The translations under genes and the position numbers were made by a program. The notes beneath the pieces are model-generated. The model searched no databases. It was given only the letters and a program-made list of their open reading frames with translations, and was not told where the DNA came from. Source: Hyphochytrium catenoides (Eukaryota > Protista > Hyphochytriomycota). Taken from it: 64,000 nucleotides of DNA. Numbering within the stretch: the stretch's first letter is position 1; each line of letters begins with the position of its first letter. The DNA is taken from assembly GCA_900088475.1 (NCBI GenBank), contig FLMG01000943.1, positions 1-64,000 on the forward strand, read 5' to 3'. This document shows positions 34,527-45,000 of this stretch, piece after piece.

Positions 34527-37412
34527 ATGAAGCTCCAGAAAGCGGTGTTACAGTTCTTATGGGTACTACTACTTGCACGGCACGTGTTTGCAAAAGAGCG
34601 GGCTCATAGACAGCTTCGTCATCGCAGGCTGCAAGCTAACGAGAGTACCCCAGTTGCTCTCGTCGTCGAGACTAATGGCGGTGGCGGATGGAGAAGACTT
34701 GAAGGAGGAGGAGATGGCGTAAAGAAACCGAATAGATGGAAAGGTTACGCAAAAAGTACCCTTGGGGCCATTAATGCCTTCGAAGCAAAGATTCCAATGG
34801 GCATTCAAAGTGGCTCGCTCTTTATAGTTTCCGCCCTTGGGCTGGCCATGATGGTACCCATGATGAAAGACATGATCAAGGAGCTGCAAGAGGAACGAAG
34901 CGACAAGATGAAGATTTACTACTATGGTTGGCGCCATCCTGTGGAATGGAAGGTCGATGGACAGATGCTTCTAAGGTTTTACTTTGCTAACAACCGGCAC
35001 CACACCGTCATGGTTCCGGGTAAGGACGAAGGAAAGCTCTCGAGTGGTCGAACCTATTGTATGGAAACTCATCCAGATTATGCCCGGAACTCTCAGATAA
35101 ACATGACGGAAATTGAGATTATGAACGACCCTTTCCGCTTTCACAGCTTAGCGCTGATCCTGAATCCCGCGCTCTCCCGCCTTTCCATGGGAACCAACAA
35201 GTTGACCGTCCCGTTCACTGCCCAAATAGTGAACTATTGCGTCAGAGAAGTGTGGGAGCCGGATCCTTCCTGGCCCCTCGAGTTCACCACTGCGGAATGG
35301 ATTGAGATGGGAAACAACGCATGGAAAAAGTTCGAGATCTTCAGTTTCCAGCAATATATCGTGTACATGTCGGCGCTCACGGCTTGGTTTCAGAGCGGGA
35401 TGGACTCGGGAATGTTCCCTAGTGCTGAGCTGGAAGGGTTATGCGATTGCTTCAAGCCCACGGATTGGGCAGGCAGGGACCCCACGATTGATAACACGAT
35501 TGGAAATGGAGTAGCAGAGACATCAAACAGCCCTGTCTCGACTCCAGGACTATTTGGTGCCTCACCAGGAGCAACCGTAGGTGCTATGAGCGCTGGATCT
35601 GTAGACCAGGCTCCACTTGAAGCACCTGTGGATGGTCAAGGATCAATTTTGACAGACACTTTGGGAGATGTTTCAGCGGCGCAAGGAGCAGATTTCCTGA
35701 ATGATCCCTCTTTAGACACTTTCTCACCTGAGTCAGAAGAGGTTATCCGCGTAGCAGACACGTTGACAGAGCTTCACGAATTGAAGCAGACCCCCACGTT
35801 CCATGCTATGGCTTTGCTGACCAAGCTTCCTGGGCGGAGCAGCGCTGCTGCAGGGCTGCGAAGCGCCATCTGGGGTTATTTAGAAGCCCAGACAAGTCAG
35901 TCATCCACACTGAAAACAAAGATAGACTCACTTGCCAAGCAGACTCAGGAGATGGAGGAGCGCGGGCTCTCCGATGCATCGTTAAGAAAGGAGCTCAAAC
36001 TGGACTCGAAGGCTTTGCTTCTCTCTCTAGAAAGCGATACTACCCCAGCAGCTGCCAAGATCCGTGAGTCAGTGAAGGCATTTTGGCAGAAGGCTAACGA
36101 GGTCTTCCATGGGGAGCAGTCGCCAGTAGCTGACGTCCAAGTAACCACTCCCACACAAGCCAAAGAGGATGATGACCTCAACAATCTCGAGGACATAAGT
36201 CAGGTGGGCGTTCCTGTAGTAGGAAATTCTTCGGATCGAGGAAACAAATCTGTGGAGCCGAATCCCAGAGCCACTAGTGCGGAAGAGACACCATCTGTGA
36301 CTGGTACGGTAATGGACAGTAATGACCCAGCCATGACATCAGAGATAGGGGAGCCAAAAGACCACAGAGATGAGGGGGGTGTCAAGGATGGCCTGATAGG
36401 GGAAGAAGATGGCAAAGCATTGGAGTTGAACAAGAGAGATATAACGACTACAGAAGGTTTTGGTAAGGAGGAAGCTGCCATGCCTTTGGCGCTGCCGATT
36501 GACCACGAATCCACGGCCGCAGGGATGGGAGATCTGAGTAGTACCTTCCAAGAGAGCTTCGGCACGGAGGAGCCATTGGGAGGACTGGAAACTGCAAATG
36601 GTGTCAATGGGACCACAATTGTCCCCAAGCAGAAGCCCGTCATTCGGAAAGTTGCCATCAACGGCCTAAAGTATGTCCTGGACGAGCTGTGGGAAGAAGG
36701 GGCAATTTCGACCACCTATAATGGCGGCGAGCAAGTGGATGGCGTTAAAGACATAACGAAAGACCTAGGACTTCTGCTCGTTGAACATCTTGGCCAGTGG
36801 GAAGGCAAAACTCCGGAGGAGATCAAGGCCGCTCAGGCGGGATGGAAGCCGAAGCCGAGTAAGCAGCGCTCAGAGGAGGAAAAGTTTGAACATCGCGGGC
36901 AATTGCTGATCTACTTGCAGCACATCAACCTTCTGGCAAGTGCACTAGAACGGTTTTCAGAGTTCCCCCATCCATCACAGGACATGCTGACCCTGCTGGA
37001 GGAGGCCACCTTCATTCTTGATCCAAGCCCGGATGGGAGCCTTTATACCGAGCTTGCCAGCAATGAAAAATATGCTTGGATCTTTTACTCCCTTCCATAC
37101 TATGAAGTCCTAGACCTCGATAACAGTGGACTTCTCATCACTGATCCGGACCTATACTTCAAGGACTTCGACCCTTCCACCAAGGTGAAGACATTCCTAG
37201 GAACAGACACTGTCACAGTGCCCGACTTCGACAGAAAAGCCCATGCCCTGCCCCCTGCCACGAACCTCTTCGAGAATGCTAGTCGGACTGACAGGCCAGG
37301 GAGTAATATTCAGTGGGAAGGCCAGACTGACGAGCTCAAGCTTTTTGCATCCAAGACCGAAGAGGAGATGTCTAGAGCTCGGACAAAGACTGCAAACTTA
37401 ATCGGAGTATGA
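34527..37412 (+). CDS. 961-aa signal-peptide plus TM protein of an unknown family (paralog B), single exon
   Basis: The ATG at 34527 begins signal peptide MKLQKAVLQFLWVLLLARHVFA, followed by RQLRHRRL and a hydrophobic segment. A ~270-aa region is shared with paralog A, then come an acidic low-complexity region and a globular-looking C-terminus. Confidence 0.88.
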   Translation: MKLQKAVLQFLWVLLLARHVFAKERAHRQLRHRRLQANESTPVALVVETNGGGGWRRLEGGGDGVKKPNRWKGYAKSTLGAINAFEAKIPMGIQSGSLFIVSALGLAMMVPMMKDMIKELQEERSDKMKIYYYGWRHPVEWKVDGQMLLRFYFANNRHHTVMVPGKDEGKLSSGRTYCMETHPDYARNSQINMTEIEIMNDPFRFHSLALILNPALSRLSMGTNKLTVPFTAQIVNYCVREVWEPDPSWPLEFTTAEWIEMGNNAWKKFEIFSFQQYIVYMSALTAWFQSGMDSGMFPSAELEGLCDCFKPTDWAGRDPTIDNTIGNGVAETSNSPVSTPGLFGASPGATVGAMSAGSVDQAPLEAPVDGQGSILTDTLGDVSAAQGADFLNDPSLDTFSPESEEVIRVADTLTELHELKQTPTFHAMALLTKLPGRSSAAAGLRSAIWGYLEAQTSQSSTLKTKIDSLAKQTQEMEERGLSDASLRKELKLDSKALLLSLESDTTPAAAKIRESVKAFWQKANEVFHGEQSPVADVQVTTPTQAKEDDDLNNLEDISQVGVPVVGNSSDRGNKSVEPNPRATSAEETPSVTGTVMDSNDPAMTSEIGEPKDHRDEGGVKDGLIGEEDGKALELNKRDITTTEGFGKEEAAMPLALPIDHESTAAGMGDLSSTFQESFGTEEPLGGLETANGVNGTTIVPKQKPVIRKVAINGLKYVLDELWEEGAISTTYNGGEQVDGVKDITKDLGLLLVEHLGQWEGKTPEEIKAAQAGWKPKPSKQRSEEEKFEHRGQLLIYLQHINLLASALERFSEFPHPSQDMLTLLEEATFILDPSPDGSLYTELASNEKYAWIFYSLPYYEVLDLDNSGLLITDPDLYFKDFDPSTKVKTFLGTDTVTVPDFDRKAHALPPATNLFENASRTDRPGSNIQWEGQTDELKLFASKTEEEMSRARTKTANLIGV

Positions 37413-37855
37413 TTGCTGCGTTGAATTAGCAAAATCGGTCGCTGGTTAACTGGCGGCAAGCAACTATGTATTGGAGTCGTAGGAATAGAAGAGGAACGGA
37501 AAAAATGGTGGCGTGCATTATTCTTCTTTACTTTATGGCCCCAAACCCACTCAGGCACGGAATGCCCCATCAACACTGTTCCCGTTACTTTACAGAGAGC
37601 AGAGAATAAAGAACGATCACAAAAGATCCCTCTAGTTTAAGACAAGCGCTTGAATAAGGGTGAGCCGTCGTCTTCTGCTCACCATGGTAAGAGCTCTGAA
37701 GGTAACTAGCCTCCGTGACCTTGTTTTAGCTGTTCATCAGTCCATCACTGAAGGAGACGGGTCCACAGAGAGAATGTGAACCTAAGCTTCCCTCTTGAGC
37801 CGGACACCGGATGCGTAGGGACAGAAATGGGATGCGAGTCGCAGAAAAACTTCTT

Positions 37856-40227
37856 CTACTCTACAGCCGTCGTCGGCTGTACACAAGCCGCGACTATCGT
37901 GATATCGTCCTGCTTTCCTCCAGAATAAATCATATCAAACTCCTCAGTAGCCGCTCTAGAGTATGGGGTATCTGTCTTCTTGTTCTGACTCTGCCTAAAG
38001 GCTTTTTCGGCAAGGGTTTGAACAAGAGCAGTGATGGATGGCTTCGATGGCCTCAACGGAGTCGATAGGTCCATTATTACTTCTTCCGAGAGGTTGTCCC
38101 ACAATCCGTCGCTACCTAGAATGATGACGTCGCCCTGTCCACAACAACGTAGCAAGTAGCGGCATACGATTCGAAGGGGTAAAAAGGGTTAATATACGGT
38201 TAAAGGAAGAATATGGCGACAAGGGGAGACCGTATAGGCACGGTAAGGACGAGCTATCAGAAGCCAGCAGACTATGAAATACGCTTGTGACCCCAATGGC
38301 AACTTGGCTATAAATGTCCAAAAGAACAAAAGGAAGCTCGGAAGGCTATTCGTACCCCCTGGACCGATATTTCGTTGAGGTCAGCAGCTGATGGCTTGTC
38401 ACAATAGTCAGGGTGACCCATCTAAAGACGTCAAAGAGTACAAAAGGAGCAAATTCAGTCAAAATATGAAGGTTGACGGAGGAGGCCCATAATGAACCTA
38501 TGTTACGAACTTGAGTCACCAGACGGAAACACAAGCCACGAGAACGAGGGTAATACATCTGACAGCCAATAACGGGACAATCTAAACCGACCTGGAAAGG
38601 TATACCAAACGAGTGTTCTTGCTGCCTGGACCGATAAATAAGATCCAAACCGAATCCTCCATTCCTAAGTACCATGTACCCAGAGTCTCCGATGTTTGCA
38701 CTTCGTAAGATGCCCGTCAGATGATTGATCGACACCACGCACGCTGTGCTGCTCCCCATAATTGCAGCTTCCTGGACCTAGAAGGCGGGACGGGTAACCA
38801 AGGACCATCAGAGGGGAGAGGGGAATAATTGCACAATGAGCAAATCACCAGAAGCATGCAGTTACCTAAGTAGCTTCGGTGGACATTTGAAAGAGGACAT
38901 GACCTGTCAAAGTACTTTGCTACCCCTTTGACCTACCTCCTTCCAAGCTAGCTCCATCAACAACCTCGGCTCTATTGCTACCTCAGGCTGTTCCTTGCAT
39001 AGGCGCGCACACCTAGACATTAGGGAACGAGAATAGTTGCCAGCGTCGATGCCCTGCTCCCTCCATCCATAAACTCCATCGGCTACTCCTAGTACAGTGA
39101 AGCCGGAATCTGTATTGACAAGGAACGGAGGGCAAACGAAGATCGGTGTTAGAAGTATCGGCGTATTGTCAGTGTCTTATGACATATTTTTAGCACGTTA
39201 TTGCCCTGGAACTGCATGAGCGCGTACATCAACAGCCCATGGTCTGGAGGCGGTAAACGAGGGTCACCCCAAATCGGTGCAGAAGCCACAGACAATAGAC
39301 TTTAAAAAAGAGATCAGCTGCAACGAGAGCGTAAGTGCAAGGACAAGCATAAAGCAAGGGAGACTAAAAGGGGATTAGAAACTCTGCTATCCATTCACCT
39401 GATATCACAAAGTATGCATCTTCTCCTCCATAACCGAAATCTTTGCGGACAACTCCTCTGTGACCCTCCTGCACCTTTTTCTTATGGGGCACCGCCGTAG
39501 CAGAGGTCATAATCACTAGGGGGCGACGAAGAAGGACTCCACCAAGTGGAGCTTTGTGCTTGTCGACAATTGGTGCTGCTGAGAGTGTCACCAACGGCGG
39601 CCCTGAGAGACCGCCTGAGTCACTCACACCTAGCCTGAAATAGGCAATACACAGGTCAGCGTATGGGGGGAAACTTGATAGCATTGGACGAAGCTATTGG
39701 GGCAGAGGTCTGGCTGGGGGAAGGGAAACACTGCCAGTGATCGCAAAGGAACGGCCATACGACGGTGAAGTTTGGTTAACAAGACAAGTGACGAATAGCA
39801 GAGGAAAGAGGATAGCATAAAGCTCCACCATCTGTTGCAGAGGAATGTATATCGTTTGCTTGGTTGCTGGACATCATCTTCCGCAATCACCTCAACCTTG
39901 CTCAGATACCATCCTGACCCAAGAGCAGATTCATCATGTCCGATGGTCAATGACCTCAGCTCTCCAAGATCGTCGTTGGTCTCTAGGGTGAAGCTTTCTA
40001 CTGAACCGCGTCGGAACTCATCATGCTCATTTGGAGGTGTAAGATTGGACTGTTCCGTAATGCCGTGATCACCTGAGAGCAGCGACATCAGCCCATGTGC
40101 AGCTGAAGAGGATCTGGACAGCAGGACACTAATCGTAGGAATTACCTTCCAAAGAGAGAAATACTCGAGCTTTCGTCCCTGCGCCTCTAACATCGCCAGT
40201 GAATACGCTTACTTCATACGTGGCCAT
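37856..40227 (-). CDS. PTC7-like protein phosphatase 2C with an N-terminal PLAT/LH2 domain, 7 exons
   Basis: PLAT: YEVSVFTGDVRGAGTKARVFLSLEG...FRRGSVESF...LGELRSLTIGHD...GWYLSKVEV...FLCNRWL. PP2C: GGEDAYF, LGVADGV, GSSTAC, ANIGDSG, QQEHSFGIPFQ, GSDGLWDN, GGKQDDIT. All six GT-AG introns keep the frame. Confidence 0.93.
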
Positions 40228-42059
40228 GCCACGAAGGGAAAAGGGGTAAGGGCTGAAATGCAATGCTCGTCGGTGTCCCAATCTTTTGATCAGGCGGTGG
40301 ACGTGGATCATCTTGCACACGGGTGAAAGACTAGCAAGTCTCCTTTACTTCTCATTGCCAACCGCCACAATATCACGGCAGTGCCGTCTTCTAGGCATTC
40401 TCCCGTCTTCCTATGACCTCAGCTGTTATAAGCGCGTCCACAGCGTCGCATGGGCTCAGTGGAGACGCCTGCGCGCTAGTTTGTTTGTTAATAATGTTGA
40501 TGGGTGGCTTGGTCAAGCAGCAGTGTCTTCTGGTGAAATGAGCTTGCAAATTTGAGTTGTTACCACGCCCACGGTAGCTGCATCATGAAGCTTCTGATCT
40601 CCTCACATACAGCAATATTGGACCTGTTCAGGATTGGCATTAAGTTTATTGTCATATTATACCATATAATTGGCTCCGATCCTGGATTGGGACGGCCAAG
40701 AACAGTTTGGTCATCAGGTGCAAGGAAGTCCCTCAAGTTGTAGTGCTGACCAGGCACTGCTACAGCTTGCCGCTGATCCTCTCCGAGCAATGAGTCCAAT
40801 GCAGGCAGGTAGANNNNNNNNNNNNNNNNNNNNNNNNNNNNNNNNNNNNNNNNNNNNNNNNNNNNNNNTGCCTTGACAGTGGCTGTAGCAAGAAACAAGA
40901 AACACAATTGGGAGTCATGCCACTCACAACAAAGGGCTCTGTGACGTATGGAAGGGGTATCATTAGCTTGAGGAGGAGAGAGTCCATGGTTCAGGCAGGA
41001 GGGCGCTCTATTGAGGCTCATCTTGAGTCCCTGGAAGTGAAATTACGTGGGAGATAATGGACCTTGAAGAGTTTGTAAGGGTGGTGGGTCTCGACCCTTC
41101 CTATCATCTTATCTCCTACACCATCGACGATTTGCCCATGAGCAACATCGTCACGTGTTCAGCGCTGAGCAAGATGTGGGCCGCAGGACCCAGCTTAATC
41201 ATGGAAGAACATATAGTGTGGAAGCCTTTCTGGAGTAAGTCTCATGGTGTTAATCGTACACCCATGCCGAGGATATCAGGGAGAACATCTAGCACCTGGT
41301 CGAGAATAGTGCCAACCGGTCTGCGATGCCTCAATCAGCCGACAAAGAGCAGGTTGACGGGCATCATCGCGCTTGCAAAACAAACTAAGCATTCGCAGAG
41401 CTCTTCACTGCCAAGGGATATGACGGCACACCGATCCAGAGTCCGGAGCGTTTGCATTATACATCTTGAGCATAGTCCGACTTGGCCCTTTTGATCTTCC
41501 TTGTCACTGCATATTCATCAACAGGCATACCTTTGAGGTTCCATTTCCATCATTTCTAGAACTAAATAGTGACGAGAGTGAGAGAATTTGTACTCTTTTA
41601 TGGAAGATCTGGCCATCAGCGAAGCATACTAACGTTGACAGAGCTGCAATATGGCACTGTGGCACCTCCACATCTTATGGCCTGGTAAAGGAATGTTATT
41701 CATAGATAACCATGAGTAAAGCGCCAGGTATATTCCCGATTGTTACTGTCGTAGGCTGACAGGTCGCGAACACCGTCCAGAGCTCCTTGTTGGGAATGAG
41801 CATCCTATTTCACGACGCTTCTGGCGCTAAGTGCGGTCTTCATAACAATATGGATGTCAAGGCTATTAAATGGTCATCATCTGCTTTTTAAAATAAAAAC
41901 AGCGTCCCGATCTGTGTTAATCGTTGTTACTTCAAGAGAAACCATTGGCGGGCCTGTCTGCATGCCCTCAGACCCTGTTTCTGCGTCTCTTGTACGCATA
42001 TTATACCGCGAATACGCTTTCTATCAGCTCTCTACCTTCTGCGTAGCTCTGGTGGCATC

Positions 42060-45000
42060 TCAAACTGTGAGACTACGGCTCGCAGGCTTGAAGTAAACCC
42101 CCATTCCTTTCATAAACCTCTTCCGGTAGATCTCAGGAGCTGCAACCGTGCTCTCATGTAGCGTAACCGAAGTCTTTGTATGGCACTCCACCCGTTTCAT
42201 CCAGTCATACCGTCTCAAATAGTCAATGATCCCAACCACCAGTCGTTGGTTTTCTAGGTCAAGAACGCCCATCTGTGAATGACATTGATAAGTAATTGAA
42301 TGGATTCAAATAGAGGACATGAAGTGAAAGATGGTAAAGTGGGATAAACCTTAAAGATGATCAGAGGAAGCGGAGATGGGTTATGCACGTACATGATGAT
42401 AACAAACAGAAGAGAAGCAAATTTTGCTTAGGGTGTAAGTCCTCTAAGCATCGGCGATCTCACCAGAGAGTAATCCATGACACCCATCGACATGAGAAAA
42501 GCTGTATCCCTAACGATTGTAGCCATGAGAATCTCGTAGTCGTCGACACTCAGATAGATCGGTCCACGGTCTAACAGATTCCCATCCTATTCACGTAATG
42601 GTCAGTGTGTATTCTCCGCAGCAGCTTAAACCTCTTGAACACAAGCGGCAGTGAAAAGGAACAGCACTTTATGGTTGTATTTAAGGCATATCACCTGCAG
42701 CACCATGACTGGCTGATCTTCGAGTATATTGGTTATCTGCATGTCTTGAACCATCTCTTCTGTGCTCGAAGTAACCTCCACTTTCCTTCTGCGCCCTAGT
42801 CCTTTCAGATCAAACCTCTGGGTAAACACGACACAAGGTTTAATAATGGGGAAGTAAAGTAGAAAAGGGCAACAGGCATGGGAGAAAGGGCATTATATAT
42901 GAATAACAGGTAAAGGTCTGATACTGCTATCATATCATACCAGAGATCTGACTGAGCAGTTCCAGCCAATCGACTCGATGACGATGAGGTGCGTCTTCTG
43001 CAACAACAAAAAATTTGAAAAGGCGAACGCGTGCTTTGTGAGCGTTAAAGACCTAACTTTTCATTAAAGACTGGTGGGTGAAGAGGTGAACTTGAAACCA
43101 AGTTTTAACCGAAGAGGAATATAAACTCAGACACACAGCGGCATGAGTAGTTATGCCCTAGGAGAAAGGACGCCCTGCATTACCTTCTGATCAAACATAG
43201 AGAAAGGGTTATCAACACTAACTCGGTACATTCCAATTACTCGTGCCAAAAGATTCTTCTGTGGTGGATCGCTGTGAAGATTGTCTGCCAAGTACTGGAA
43301 GTAGTTCGGCAGCTGTCGAAGAAACATGCCAAATTCTAAACTGGAGACTCGCTTGATGAGAAATCTGCTATCGTAGCTCTAATGTGATTCGGAGAAAGGA
43401 CATTCGTATGCGGTATCTTTCATACGTGGTATCTTCCTAAAGCCAACAGGTGTGCCTACCTTTGCAAAGCTCGCGCCGGATTTCCCTCCGGCTAGTTGAA
43501 CGTCGTCACAGAGCGATAAGGACTCCAAGAAGTCCACGTTGCCGCACGTGATCTCTCTTAGCATGTGGAACTGGGACGGATAAAAGGCCTCAAACTGCTT
43601 GCGTGCAGTGACGTGGCCGGAAGGAGAATATACAATCGACGATTGTACAGTTAGTATTAAGAAGAAGATTTTGCGTCGAGAAAGGAGGTGCTGGTACTCT
43701 TTCATCCTGAGATATCCAATTCGAAGGACAGTCAGCACCGCCTCGGTAGCAAAGACTGTTTGAATCTAGACGCATGAAAGCCAGTGTAACGCCGCGATAC
43801 TAACCTTCACATCATTTTTAAGGATGGCTTCGTAATGGTAGAAAGAGCCCACCAATGAGAAGTCAGCTACATGTTACTCCACGCAAACACAAAAAGAAGG
43901 GAAACTTACAGAGCCTTGTGGTAGAATGTTCTCCGCCAGATGCTCTAAGGACGCTTTCCTGAGTGTCTGAAGCTGGTAGAGGTCAACGGCCAACGGAAGT
44001 GTCAGCAAGAAGTAAGATCAGTTAAACAAGTCACGGGTATCCTCAAGAGTGGGAATCTTTCTCCCTCTTGTATAGTATTCTAGCCGACTTTAAATGGGAT
44101 TCGTTTACGAAGTCGGAAACATGTGACAAAGAAGTGGGGTTTGAAATATAGGATGGAGAAAGTCACATACCAGGTGTAGGTGGACAGGAAGCGCCCTTCT
44201 CAGAATTAAAAGATCCACAGCTGTTGTCATCTTCTCTACGTTCACAGGGAGATATGTAAGACTTCGTAGGGCTGCAAGACTCACGGTAGCCTAAGAACTA
44301 TACAAGGCGACGGCGAATGGACTAAGGTGATCGAGCAATGAAGGCGTAAGGAACAAAGGACTTCTTCCACTTCTAAATGGCTAAGGAACAGATTTCAGAC
44401 CAAGTAGCTGGTGCTACGAGAAGTAATGCCTACGTTTCGACAAAACTATTGCTCACGGCAACGGTGTCAGCTAGCTCTTCGTCGGTCAGCGGTCGTGGAA
44501 GGCTTGTCAAGAAGGAGACTAGTAGTTGTTGGCGATTCACATCATCCCCCCCAGTCTCAGGCAACGTAACGTCTTCCTCTGCTTTTCTTCGCTTCAAATC
44601 GTTGCCTTGCGAGTGTCTTAACAAAGCGTTAACAATCACCGAGCCTAACTACTCATTCCACAGAGGACAGAAAGATGAGTAGGAGAGTGGATGAGGTCAG
44701 TTGTCCATGCCTTTATCAGACGAGTGACCAAGAAGCAGACGGCCGCCAAGAGAGATATCAATATATTGAACAGTGCAACAGAGAGAGCTAGGTAAGACAA
44801 CTCTTGCGCGCAAGAGTGAGGAAAGGAGTCGAACTGACCAAGTTTAATGGCATAAGATCAACCGCCTCTCCTCGTCACCACGCCAAGACTAACGGTTTTA
44901 CTTACGTCGCCGATTCTAATGGCTGGCAGGGGCAAGTTATCTGGCTCTGTGCTCCGGTTGTCAAACTCGTAACCAATCCGCAGAGCGGCTGCAGCTTTCA

